Below, piece after piece: positions 1-9,124 of a stretch of DNA of 64,000 bases. A model generated the notes under the pieces. It was not told where the DNA came from. It did no database searches and was given only the letters and a program-made list of their open reading frames with translations. The stretch spans positions 3,862-67,861 of IMG/VR virus record IMGVR_UViG_3300046318_000260; one strand, 5' to 3'. The stretch's first letter is position 1. Every line of letters begins with the position of its first letter. This stretch comes from a virus. The position numbers were made by a program, and so were the translations under genes.

Positions 1-74
1 AGTTTCAGTTAAGTACAAAAAATGAAGTGATGGGATTTCTTCAGACTGTTATTGGACAAGCCCAATATGTATAA
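1..74 (+). CDS. 3' end of a gene truncated by the window edge
   Basis: Open frame from position 3 (FQLSTKNEVMGFLQTVIGQAQYV) ends at TAA 72-74, just before the next ATG at 93. Confidence 0.45.
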   Translation, partial: FQLSTKNEVMGFLQTVIGQAQYV

Positions 75-92
75 CCAACAAATAGTATTTAT

Positions 93-470
93 ATGTTTAC
101 AGTAAAACTGATTAAACAGGATGGTAAATTAGTTTACCCAGATGATAGATCTAAACTAAACTTTCAGATCTTTATTGATAAGTTACCAGAAGGACAAGAG
201 GTGGAGATCTTTATGGGTCCTACCTCAGATAATGCATCTGTAGCTCAATTAGCTAAAGTACATGCATGTATCAGAGAGCTAGCAAAAGAATCCGGTTATA
301 ACTTTGATGAGATGAAGACTCTCATTAAGAGACAGTCTGGTCTATGTTATGACGGAGGAGGTGCTGAATACTGTAAATCATTTGCTGACTGCAGCAAAGA
401 TGAATTAGCATTAGCAATTGAAGCTTGTATAGCAATAGGTAGAGATAACTATAATATGGAGCTTACTTAG
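93..470 (+). CDS. NinB/Orf-like recombination protein
   Basis: Pattern S..Q.AKVHACIRELA..SG....EMK..IK...GL....KS.ADCSK.E....IE resembles the NinB family. Confidence 0.55.
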   Translation: MFTVKLIKQDGKLVYPDDRSKLNFQIFIDKLPEGQEVEIFMGPTSDNASVAQLAKVHACIRELAKESGYNFDEMKTLIKRQSGLCYDGGGAEYCKSFADCSKDELALAIEACIAIGRDNYNMELT

Positions 471-768
471 GCTCCACATAGCCTTCATCACCTGGTTGAA
501 GAACTTCTTTTTCCTCAAACATGTTAGCAGCTATTGATTGTCTTTCAATCTCAGCAAGAAGTAAAGATACAGTATAAAAAGCTTTCTGGAGATCATCCAT
601 TTCTGCATAATCTTTTTGCAAGGTTTCTTTTACAAACTTATCTTTATCCTCTTCTTTAATTTGTGTAAATAAGAAATAAGATAAGCCTTTTACCATAAGG
701 TAATAGCTTTTATTGACTTTTATGTCAATAAGAGCATCTGCTTTTAATTCTTTTACTTTGATAGCCAT
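463..768 (-). CDS. hypothetical protein; the only credible antisense gene in the replication block
   Basis: 101 aa ORF filling the gap between two + strand genes, with a TAAATTTG box just upstream. Confidence 0.75.
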   Translation of the reverse strand: MAIKVKELKADALIDIKVNKSYYLMVKGLSYFLFTQIKEEDKDKFVKETLQKDYAEMDDLQKAFYTVSLLLAEIERQSIAANMFEEKEVLQPGDEGYVEPK

Positions 769-773
769 TGTAA

Positions 774-792
774 TAACTTTGTAACAAATTTA
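774..792. promoter_or_regulatory. two overlapping divergent Bacteroidota-type -7 promoter boxes
   Basis: TAACTTTG at 774-781 (+) and TAAATTTG at 792-785 (-); both match TAnnTTTG. A TTG lies 18 bp upstream of the - strand box (813-811). Confidence 0.6.
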
Positions 793-801
793 ATAAAAAA
801 T

Positions 802-1515
802 ATGAAACAACAACTTGATCTTGAGGATATAAAAGACAAGCTCTACCAAAAGCTAGAGAAATCAGGCTGGGCAGTAAAGCTGAGATCTTTCATCTATAGT
901 AGTGACTTTGATAATATTATCAAACAACTGGCTAGATTATCCACTGATGGCAAAAGATTTACTCCTAAATTAAGCCAAATGTTTAGGGCCTTTGAAGAAT
1001 GTCCTGTAGATCAACTTAAAGTGGTTATTGTTGGACAAGACCCTTATCCACAGTTTGGAGTAGCTGATGGAATTGCTTTCAGTTGTGGTAATACAAAACA
1101 AGCAGAGACTAGTTTAAAGTTTATGCTAGAAGAAGTTAACAGACATGTCTATAAAGGTCATCCCGGATCACTTGATCCAGACTTAACCAGATGGGCAAAT
1201 CAGGGTGTACTGATGCTTAACACAGCTTTGTCTACTACCGTAGGTAAAATAGGCCAGCACTACTCAATCTGGAAGCCTTTTCTTGCATATTTGTTTGACT
1301 ACTTGACCTGGAATGTAAATGGTTTAGTTTTTATCTACATGGGTAAAGAGGCTAAGCTATGGGCAGATGCAGTCAATGAAAACAATTACAAGTTTTATGT
1401 TAGTCATCCAGCAAGTGGTGCATACTCCGGAACAAACACTTGGGATTCTCAGAATGTGTTTAATGAAACCAACAAGATTCTAGAGAATCAGTATGGTACT
1501 AAAATTAAGTGGTGA
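802..1515 (+). CDS. ung: uracil-DNA glycosylase, family 1
   Basis: Motifs VVIVGQDPYP, ADGIAFS, WANQGVLMLNT and SHPAS. Confidence 0.95.
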   Translation: MKQQLDLEDIKDKLYQKLEKSGWAVKLRSFIYSSDFDNIIKQLARLSTDGKRFTPKLSQMFRAFEECPVDQLKVVIVGQDPYPQFGVADGIAFSCGNTKQAETSLKFMLEEVNRHVYKGHPGSLDPDLTRWANQGVLMLNTALSTTVGKIGQHYSIWKPFLAYLFDYLTWNVNGLVFIYMGKEAKLWADAVNENNYKFYVSHPASGAYSGTNTWDSQNVFNETNKILENQYGTKIKW

Positions 1516-2102
1516 TGACTGAGATATTCAACAGACTGATACAAGAAGATCTTACACCCAATGCATACTATGTTTTGCATTGTATAAAAGAGAAGATTGT
1601 ACCAAACAGCTTTGTAAACAAACACTTACAAGTTGAGAAGCTAAAAAGAGATAAATGGCTCAATGAAAACTTGACATTGACAAGTAAAAGCCTTATCTTT
1701 ATGGAAGAAATTAACAGTTTCTTCAAAAAAACCAAGAAGAAAACCACTCAAGCTTTACTAGGTCAGGACTTTATTGACAAAATCCAGGAGTATGTAGAAA
1801 TATTCCCTAATAGGAAACTCTCCTCTGGAAAATATGCAAGAGTCAATGCCAAGAATCTTGAAGTGAGTTTTAGATGGTTCTTTGAGAACTATGACTATGA
1901 TTGGCAAACAATCTTGTTAGCCACAGCAAAGTATGTTGATGAATACAGTGTAAGGAACTATGAGTTTATGAGGACTGCACAATATTTTATCAGGAAGCAA
2001 AACATAGATAAATCTTTTGAATCTGATTTAGCAACATACTGTGATCAAGTTAATAATTCCTCTGATGAAGACACTAACTATTTTAAAGAGAGAGTTGTAT
2101 AA
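1515..2102 (+). CDS. putative replication protein (initiator/helicase-loader-like)
   Basis: ATG at 1515 overlaps the ung TGA; lies upstream of dnaB; F...FP....SG.Y.R pattern; function inferred from position. Confidence 0.5.
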   Translation: MTEIFNRLIQEDLTPNAYYVLHCIKEKIVPNSFVNKHLQVEKLKRDKWLNENLTLTSKSLIFMEEINSFFKKTKKKTTQALLGQDFIDKIQEYVEIFPNRKLSSGKYARVNAKNLEVSFRWFFENYDYDWQTILLATAKYVDEYSVRNYEFMRTAQYFIRKQNIDKSFESDLATYCDQVNNSSDEDTNYFKERVV

Positions 2103-2284
2103 TGGGAATTAGTAAAAATGTGATCTTAACTTTTTTAGCAATACTAGGTACTGTGATATCTTTCTTCATTGTTGACATGTTTATTATACCAATTACACTT
2201 GGTAAATACATTGCAATTGAAGTTGTGATAACTACATTACACTACATGTATAATAAAGCTAAGATCCAGACAATTAACAATTAA
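2102..2284 (+). CDS. small membrane protein
   Basis: 60 aa with two hydrophobic segments; start overlaps the upstream stop. Confidence 0.6.
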   Translation: MGISKNVILTFLAILGTVISFFIVDMFIIPITLGKYIAIEVVITTLHYMYNKAKIQTINN

Positions 2285-2287
2285 GTT

Positions 2288-3289
2288 ATGGCAGATTTAT
2301 TTAATGGTGCCAGGCCTTTACAGCCTGTGAGTGAAAGAGATGCTTTAAGAAAAGCAATCATGAAGATCAAAGCAAGAAGAAAGGGAGATTTAAAGTCTCT
2401 CAGAAGTGCATGGCCCAAATTTAATGATGCTTTTTGTGACGGACTAGAATGGAGAACTATCACTATAGTAGGTGCTAGACCGGGTACAGGGAAAACTTTA
2501 TTCATGGAACAGTTGCTCAGTGATATCATTGATCACAACAAAGACCAAGAGTTTAGAATTCTTAAGTTCCAGATGGAAATGGTTGATGAAACCAATGGTG
2601 TAAGAAAATTGAGTCTGAATACAGGTGCTGATTACAATACTCTGATGAGTAAGGGTGGGATTCCCGTAGATGAAAGGATCTTCTATAAATGTGTTGACTA
2701 TTACAACAAATCTGAGGAAAGTGATTTTATTAATGTAGTCTATGATGCATGTACTGTTGATGAAATGTGTGCTACCATTCATTATGAGATGGAGCAGAAC
2801 AAGAAAGAAGATGGGACATATGTCAATATGCTAGTAACAATAGATCACTCAGCTCTATTTAGAGTAGGTAAAGGACAGAAAGACAAGTTTGAGATGTTAA
2901 ATAGCTTGGGTGAAGCTCTCACCATGATGAAAAAGAAATATCCAGTTGCCTTTGTAGTACTAAGCCAGTTAAACAGAAATATAGATTCTCCAGAAAGACA
3001 ACGGGATGGTGAATATGGCAATTATGTTTTAGATTCTGATATCTACGGGTCAGATGCTTTGTTGCAGCATGCTGATGTAGTTATGGGGATCAACAAACCT
3101 TCTTTAAGAAAGATTAGACAGTATGGGCCTGAAAGATTCATTGTAAATGATGAAGACATGCTTGTATTTCACTTTCTTAAATCAAGAAATGGTACTACTA
3201 GAATTAGCTTTTTCAAGCTAGACAGAAGCACCATGAGAATAGTTGAAATTGACACTCCTGCTCAAGCAACAAAGAAAATGTCAATTTAA
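2288..3289 (+). CDS. dnaB: DnaB-like replicative helicase (ATPase domain only)
   Basis: Walker A GARPGTGKT, QMEM, IDH, LSQLNR, SDIYGSDALLQHAD and LKSRNG motifs. Confidence 0.92.
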   Translation: MADLFNGARPLQPVSERDALRKAIMKIKARRKGDLKSLRSAWPKFNDAFCDGLEWRTITIVGARPGTGKTLFMEQLLSDIIDHNKDQEFRILKFQMEMVDETNGVRKLSLNTGADYNTLMSKGGIPVDERIFYKCVDYYNKSEESDFINVVYDACTVDEMCATIHYEMEQNKKEDGTYVNMLVTIDHSALFRVGKGQKDKFEMLNSLGEALTMMKKKYPVAFVVLSQLNRNIDSPERQRDGEYGNYVLDSDIYGSDALLQHADVVMGINKPSLRKIRQYGPERFIVNDEDMLVFHFLKSRNGTTRISFFKLDRSTMRIVEIDTPAQATKKMSI

Positions 3290-3299
3290 AAAAGAAAAC

Positions 3300-3965
3300 A
3301 TGAATGTAAGAAAAGAAAAAGAAAAAGATTTTTTTGTCCGTCACATGGATACCTTTAGGACTATAGGTCAAGCGGATCCATTTTTTATTATCAAGACTGC
3401 TTTTTTCCAAAAAGGTAAGTTTGGTAGACAAGTTCAGTTCTTTGAGTCTGAGATTGGTAAAGGAGAAGACATTTACCTTGAGTTCTATGATAATGTCATG
3501 GATGATAAGGGAACCATCATTGATGTAGTTCCTTTCTCTGAAGATAGACAATTATTCAAGTACAAGTACAATCCTTTCTATGCAGAGGAATATGAAACAA
3601 AATCTGGTACAAATGTTAAAGGTGATCCTTACATTTTGTATACAGTGCCGGTTTCTGAAATGATTGCTGTTCTTAAAGATGGTACTGAGATTACTCATGC
3701 TCTCTATGAGAAAAGAAAAACTGAAGCTGAAACAAAAGCAAAAGAAGAGGTTGTTGAACTTCCAAGATTACAGAAAAGTTTATTTCCTGATTTTGAAGAA
3801 GAAATGGCACCTAAGAAAGAAGCAGTGTTAGATTTTATTTCAGAGGATGATATTCCTTTATCAGACATGACTTTGAGAGATTTGGCTGCTATTATGCTCA
3901 TGAAGCCTGTGAGTACTAAGCCTTGGTTAAACAATTTAGTTACACAAGTAAAAAGTGAGATATGA
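3300..3965 (+). CDS. hypothetical protein
   Basis: Long ORF; ATG 3300 after an A-rich spacer is the likely start. Confidence 0.75.
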   Translation: MNVRKEKEKDFFVRHMDTFRTIGQADPFFIIKTAFFQKGKFGRQVQFFESEIGKGEDIYLEFYDNVMDDKGTIIDVVPFSEDRQLFKYKYNPFYAEEYETKSGTNVKGDPYILYTVPVSEMIAVLKDGTEITHALYEKRKTEAETKAKEEVVELPRLQKSLFPDFEEEMAPKKEAVLDFISEDDIPLSDMTLRDLAAIMLMKPVSTKPWLNNLVTQVKSEI

Positions 3966-4684
3966 GTATAGTACTTCCAACTAAAAAAGTCAAAGCAGAA
4001 AGAACTAATCCTAAGAGAATGGTTATCTATTCTAAACCAAAGACTGGTAAAACCAGTGCATATGCTGGTTTAGAAGACAATCTAATCATAGATTTAGAGA
4101 ATGGTGCTGACTATGTAGAAGCTTTAAAGATTAAAGTAGGTTCTTTACAGGAGTTACTTGAAGCTGGTAAAGCTATCAAAGAAGCAGGTAAACCATATAA
4201 GTATGTTACGGTAGATACTGTGACTGCATTAGAAGATATGGTTATGCCTCTTGCAATCAAGTTGTATAAACAAACTAGCATGGGTAAAAACTATGATGGA
4301 GATAATGTCTTGTCATTACCAAATGGTGCTGGTTATTTATATTTGAGACAAGCTTTCTTTCAAGTTTTAGATTTTATTGATACTTTAGCTCCCCACATTA
4401 TTTTATCTGGTCACATTAAGGACAAACAGGTAGATGATAAAGGTGAGATGGTATTAGCTGCCAATATTGATTTGACAGGTAAAATCAAGTCTTTGATCTG
4501 TGCAAATGCAGATGCAATTGGTTACATGTATAGAAAAGGTAACAAAACTATTCTATCATTTAAGACTAGTGAAGAAGTGACTTGTGGTGCAAGACCAGAG
4601 CACTTAAGAAATGAAGAAATTGTAGTTTCTGAAATGAATGAGAAAGGTGAACTTGAGTTTCACTGGGATAAAATTTATGTATAA
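3962..4684 (+). CDS. AAA_24/Sak4-like P-loop ATPase (recombination)
   Basis: Walker A YSKPKTGKTS, IIDLENG, Walker B VTVDTVT, ILSGH; adjacent to an SSB-like gene. Confidence 0.8.
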   Translation: MSIVLPTKKVKAERTNPKRMVIYSKPKTGKTSAYAGLEDNLIIDLENGADYVEALKIKVGSLQELLEAGKAIKEAGKPYKYVTVDTVTALEDMVMPLAIKLYKQTSMGKNYDGDNVLSLPNGAGYLYLRQAFFQVLDFIDTLAPHIILSGHIKDKQVDDKGEMVLAANIDLTGKIKSLICANADAIGYMYRKGNKTILSFKTSEEVTCGARPEHLRNEEIVVSEMNEKGELEFHWDKIYV

Positions 4685-4704
4685 CACAAATAAAAAATAG
4701 AAAA

Positions 4705-5391
4705 ATGGCATTAAGTACAACAGACTTAGGAACAGGTGGATCAGGAATGGCAAAAACAATTGCTCCAGGTAACCACACATTGAAAATCAACAGTATCTTC
4801 TTGGAAGATTTTACATTTATTGAAGGTGCTAAGCACTTGATCTTGAATGTAGAAACAGAGCCAATTGAAGGTTTTGAAGGCTTCATGATTGACAAAGATG
4901 ATGAAAGCAAAGGAAGACATGCTGGTCAGATTGGTAGAATTAAAGCAAGTCAATATGCATTTGCTGACGGTGAAACTAAATCTGGTATCAAAATTCAGAG
5001 AGACAGATCTGTCTTAATCTTTTTACAAAACTTGTGTAAAACATTAGGACTAAATGATTGGTTCTCTGCTCAAGATGGTAAGCATGATACTATTGATGAT
5101 TTTATCAATGCTTTCAACAAAACTGCTAAGTTCCAAGATATCTACATTGATTTCTGTGTAGCTGGTAAAGAGTATGTTGGTAAAACAGGTTATACAAACT
5201 ATGACATGTATTTACCAAAAGCTGAAAGAGGTACATATGCATTTGGTGAAGCTGATAGCTCTAAAGTTATCACTTACAATGAAGCAACTCACTTAAAAAG
5301 AGCTGAAGTAAAAGAAGTGAACAAATTTGGTGATGATGATGATAATTTATCTATCCCATCTAAGACATCTTCTGATTTCTCCTTAGATTAA
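4705..5391 (+). CDS. putative single-stranded DNA-binding protein
   Basis: I.PG.H.LKI N-terminus, acidic C-terminal tail (DDDDN...DFSLD), located between the Sak4-like ATPase and primase. Confidence 0.55.
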   Translation: MALSTTDLGTGGSGMAKTIAPGNHTLKINSIFLEDFTFIEGAKHLILNVETEPIEGFEGFMIDKDDESKGRHAGQIGRIKASQYAFADGETKSGIKIQRDRSVLIFLQNLCKTLGLNDWFSAQDGKHDTIDDFINAFNKTAKFQDIYIDFCVAGKEYVGKTGYTNYDMYLPKAERGTYAFGEADSSKVITYNEATHLKRAEVKEVNKFGDDDDNLSIPSKTSSDFSLD

Positions 5392-5400
5392 TATTGATTT

Positions 5401-5440
5401 ATTAATGGGGATGTCAGGAATGGTGTCCCCATTAATTTTT
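5401..5440 (+). terminator. intrinsic terminator-like hairpin
   Basis: ATTAATGGGGA...TCCCCATTAAT stem followed by T-run, directly after the SSB-like gene. Confidence 0.7.
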
Positions 5441-5452
5441 AATTGCCTGTTT

Positions 5453-6433
5453 ATGATTTCAACTAAAAACATAATATCTGATTTGGCTGATGTTCCTAGA
5501 GAATGGGTATTTGAATACTATCTTAATCTAAAAGAGAAACTTACAGGCCAAGATATCAAGATATTGTCTGCATTTAATCCAAAGGATAAAGTGCCTTCCA
5601 TGTATGTTTATTATGATGTAAAGAGCTTGATGTACAAGTTCAAAGATTTCTCTTCTGGTAACCAGGGAGATTCTATTGAGTTAGTTATGCTCTTATTTAA
5701 TCTGAAGACAAGAGGGCAAGCTGTGGGCAAAATCATAGCTGATTATCAAAACTATATTGATTCTAATGTAGCAGCTCCTAAAGCAGAGTTTAAGTTCCAT
5801 GACAAGTTCAAAGTTGTTGACTATGAAATGAGACACTGGAATAACTTAGATGCTGTCTACTGGGGTAGTTATAAGATTGGGTCAGGACTTTTACAAAAGT
5901 ATAATGTTGTTCCCCTGGTACACTTTACTATGGAGAAGAAAGAAGATGATACTACGGTAGCATTTAAGTTCCTCAAACCCTATATGTATGGTTACTTCAG
6001 AGAGGACGGGGAATTATACAAAGTCTACATGCCCAAGATCAAAGAAAAGAAGTTCATCAAAGTCCAAAACTATGTCCAAGGCTTTGATCAACTTAAGTAT
6101 GATTGCAAGTATCTGATTATAACATCTTCTTTAAAAGATCTATTGTGTTTCAAGAAACTTGGAATTAGTAATGTAGAATGCATTGCTCCAGACAGTGAGA
6201 ATACTATGATTGGAGAATCTGTAATTAATAAACTAATACCACACTATACTAAGATCATTGTACTGTTTGATAATGATGAGCCCGGCATAAAAGCTGCTCA
6301 GAGATATAAAGACAAGTATGGTTTTAATTTTGTGGTACTTGACATGTCAAAAGATTTATCAGATTCTGTAAAAGACCATGGTGTTGAAGCTGTGAGAGAT
6401 AGATTATTACCATTATTAAAACAAGCATTATGA
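5453..6433 (+). CDS. dnaG: DnaG-like (TOPRIM) primase
   Basis: FKDFSSG..GD, IITSSLKD, APDSE, LFDNDEPG and KDLSD motifs. Start moved to ATG 5453 because the earlier ATGs lie in the hairpin. Confidence 0.85.
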   Translation: MISTKNIISDLADVPREWVFEYYLNLKEKLTGQDIKILSAFNPKDKVPSMYVYYDVKSLMYKFKDFSSGNQGDSIELVMLLFNLKTRGQAVGKIIADYQNYIDSNVAAPKAEFKFHDKFKVVDYEMRHWNNLDAVYWGSYKIGSGLLQKYNVVPLVHFTMEKKEDDTTVAFKFLKPYMYGYFREDGELYKVYMPKIKEKKFIKVQNYVQGFDQLKYDCKYLIITSSLKDLLCFKKLGISNVECIAPDSENTMIGESVINKLIPHYTKIIVLFDNDEPGIKAAQRYKDKYGFNFVVLDMSKDLSDSVKDHGVEAVRDRLLPLLKQAL

Positions 6434-6696
6434 GTTTAGATAACCAAATGGATGAACTTGAAAAATATCTTGATTATGCAAAGAGTTATTTTGATGATAT
6501 TAAAAGTGAAACTGAGGGTATAATTTCTGATATGAGTCAGACTATACAAATGCTGCAAGAAGAAAAAGAAACACTTGAAGAACAGAATGAACTTCTTGAA
6601 GAACAAGCGGAAGACTTATCTAAGAAGGTGGCTATATTTGAGCTAGAAAACATAGAATTAAGATTAAAGCTAAATGCATATGAGTTGGGTTTATAA
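6430..6696 (+). CDS. acidic coiled-coil hypothetical protein
   Basis: Heptad L/E-rich 88 aa ORF with ATGA overlap. Confidence 0.65.
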   Translation: MSLDNQMDELEKYLDYAKSYFDDIKSETEGIISDMSQTIQMLQEEKETLEEQNELLEEQAEDLSKKVAIFELENIELRLKLNAYELGL

Positions 6697-7105
6697 AGGA
6701 AAAGAGTTTAATCAATTTTGTATCCCAGAAGGAGCAATTGGATTTATTTACTCTATGACAGCTATCATTGATGGCAAGTCTGTTGCATACATTGGCAAGA
6801 AGAACTTCTATGCTAACATCAAGAAACCTCTAGGTAAGAAAGCTTTGGCTATGTCTACTGATAAAAGGCTGAAGAAATACATCCGAGAGCTTAAGCCTGA
6901 CTTTATTAACTACTACAGTAGTAACAAGACTCTTAAAGAAGCTCATAAAGCAGGTGTTGTAATTAAAAGGGAAATTCTAATGATTTGCTACTCAGCAATG
7001 GAATTGACTTATCAAGAAGTAAAGCACCAGTTTAAGTATGAGGTGCTTGAAAAAGAAGAATATCTGAATGCCAACATTCTTGGCCGTTTTTACAAAACAA
7101 AATAG
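6680..7105 (+). CDS. GIY-YIG family nuclease
   Basis: GFIY...YIGKK motif, YYSS, and C-terminal LNANI. Confidence 0.7.
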   Translation: MSWVYKGKEFNQFCIPEGAIGFIYSMTAIIDGKSVAYIGKKNFYANIKKPLGKKALAMSTDKRLKKYIRELKPDFINYYSSNKTLKEAHKAGVVIKREILMICYSAMELTYQEVKHQFKYEVLEKEEYLNANILGRFYKTK

Positions 7106-7107
7106 TT

Positions 7108-7530
7108 ATGACAGAAAATGATATAACAGGCCTTCTTTTACAGTTGGCTGACCGTGGTGTGACCGGAATTAGAGTAGAATATTCTGGTGGTGGAGACAGT
7201 GGTGCTATTGATGGTATCCATTATACTACTGAAACTTTAGATAAAGATGAAGAAGCTGCATTTGAGTTTATTTCAGAATTATCTATTTATGGTGAAGATG
7301 CTGCACCAATATTAAATGATCTTGACAGTGGTATCAGTTCTGATATCCATGATTTTGCCAATGATAAGATTCTTGGTAATATTGAGGATTGGTGGAATAA
7401 TGATGGAGGTTATGGTGTGCTATCTATTTTAGTTCCTTCTGGTAAGTATAAAATTGAAAGTTCAATTTATACTACTAGCACAGAAAACTATATACATGAA
7501 GGTAGTTTAATTAATCAAGCTCTTAAGTAA
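7108..7530 (+). CDS. DUF6878-like acidic protein
   Basis: V.YSGGGDSGAI and DWWNNDGGYG motifs; family assigned from memory. Confidence 0.55.
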   Translation: MTENDITGLLLQLADRGVTGIRVEYSGGGDSGAIDGIHYTTETLDKDEEAAFEFISELSIYGEDAAPILNDLDSGISSDIHDFANDKILGNIEDWWNNDGGYGVLSILVPSGKYKIESSIYTTSTENYIHEGSLINQALK

Positions 7531-7877
7531 TGGCTCATCCATATGAACATGCTAAATCTAGTGCCCGTAAATGGGGCGGAGAACCATCAGAATATATGCA
7601 TATTCATGAATGGTTTGATGCAACTAAGGCTTGGATTGGTCACAGCAAACATAGAATGTTCCGTCACCATAGTGAAGGTATATTTGAATGTGAGGTTCAT
7701 TTTGGAACTCATTTTGTAAATTCTGTAGGCAAAACTGTCTACATAAGATATGTTGGAGAACAACATGTAAAAGAAGACTGCAATGGATACATTCCTACTG
7801 CAAAAGAATGGGTTAAGATGATTGAATCAGGAAAACCTGAATTATGGGCTATAAAAACCATGAAAATTGAAGATTAG
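7530..7877 (+). CDS. DUF6915-like His-rich protein
   Basis: MAHPYEHA.SSA..WGG, IHEWFD.TK, HR..RHHSEGIF and GEQHV.EDC motifs; family assigned from memory. Confidence 0.7.
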   Translation: MAHPYEHAKSSARKWGGEPSEYMHIHEWFDATKAWIGHSKHRMFRHHSEGIFECEVHFGTHFVNSVGKTVYIRYVGEQHVKEDCNGYIPTAKEWVKMIESGKPELWAIKTMKIED

Positions 7878-7939
7878 TTGTTTTTGGTTATATTTATTTG
7901 TATATTTATATATAATATAAACATGTAACAATTACAATT

Positions 7940-8692
7940 ATGAAAATACTTCCTGGTTCAGAACAAGAAAAACAATTGATTACCAAATATTTAAACAGTT
8001 CACTTAGTATGTTAGCTTTTGCAACACAAGAAGGTTTAAAAAGAGGTATAATTGAAAGAATTGTTAAAAGAAATAACTTAGATAAGATTTATGAAAAAGG
8101 TAGAGCTGCTAGTAGTAGAAAAAAATTTGAGCTAAATCAAAAACTTTATACTAAAGATGGAAAACCTACAAAGTTTATATATCTTAATAGAAAAAGTGTT
8201 AAAAAGAACAATAAAACATCAACTTTATTGCATGTACAATGTGAATGTGGAGATCAAAAATGGCTTTCTTATAGTGCAGTTATGACTGGTAATACAAGAA
8301 CTTGTGGTAAATCCCCTTGTTTTCCCTTTGAAGATAAAAAAAATGTGCTTACAAGCCATAAAGGTTTATATAGATCATATGTCTATCATGCAAAGGAAAG
8401 AAATCTTGATTTTAAATTAACAGTTGAAGAGTTAATTGACATTAGTTCTAATAACTGTACATACTGTAACAAACAACCCTCTCAATTATATCAAATATTA
8501 GATGCTAAAACTAAAAGAGTTAGATCTGGAGTTCCGTTTTACTATAACGGAATAGATAGAGTAGACAATAGTATTGGATATACTAAAGAAAATTGTGTTG
8601 CTTGTTGTAAACAATGTAATAGATGTAAAGGCAAAATGACACTTGTAGAATTTAAAGCATGGATAAAGGCTATTCATGATAATTTATTTTAA
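7940..8692 (+). mobile_element. free-standing HNH homing endonuclease
   Basis: CECG, CTYC, NGIDRVDNSIGY...NCVACC..CN..K motifs; AT-rich; flanked by a duplicated 16-nt sequence. Confidence 0.85.
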
Positions 8693-8713
8693 CACTTAAA
8701 ATTGAAGACTAGT

Positions 8714-9124
8714 ATGATTTTTAGCAAAGAAGAAACAAAGAATCTGTTGGGCATGTTACGCTCTTCAGATAATGAAAATGCTGTGGTGGCATTTGAAGCT
8801 CTTAAAGGAGTTGACACAGAAAAATATTTAGGTGAACTTATTGTACTGTACAAGTATGGTAAGAGATCCATAAAAGAATGGGAAGTAGCATGTCCTGGTT
8901 GTGAAATAGCAATCAGAAATGCTGTGACTAAATTCACTAAAGAAGAAGGTGCTGAGTTAAGCACTGGTTCTTGTTTATCAGCAATGACTGAAGGTAAAGC
9001 TAGTAATGAGTCTATTGAACTTTTCATGGAGTTATTTACTGAGAATATGATTAGCTTCTTAGGTCAGTTAGGATATCCTGCTGAGAAGTTTGAGATTTCC
9101 ATTAAATTAAAGGAAAATGACTAA
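8714..9124 (+). CDS. hypothetical protein
   Basis: ATG 8714 is the likely start; overlaps the downstream VWA gene. Confidence 0.7.
   Translation: MIFSKEETKNLLGMLRSSDNENAVVAFEALKGVDTEKYLGELIVLYKYGKRSIKEWEVACPGCEIAIRNAVTKFTKEEGAELSTGSCLSAMTEGKASNESIELFMELFTENMISFLGQLGYPAEKFEISIKLKEND

Noticed and set aside
4-13. TTCAGTTAAG matching the reverse complement of CTTAACTGAA upstream of polB (~15123-15132)
   Set aside because: Only a 10-nt match, and this copy lies in coding sequence; chance is sufficient
7878-8713. Group I intron carrying the HNH gene
   Set aside because: The insert is almost entirely ORF plus a 60-nt AT-rich leader, leaving no room for an intron core; the upstream gene has its own stop
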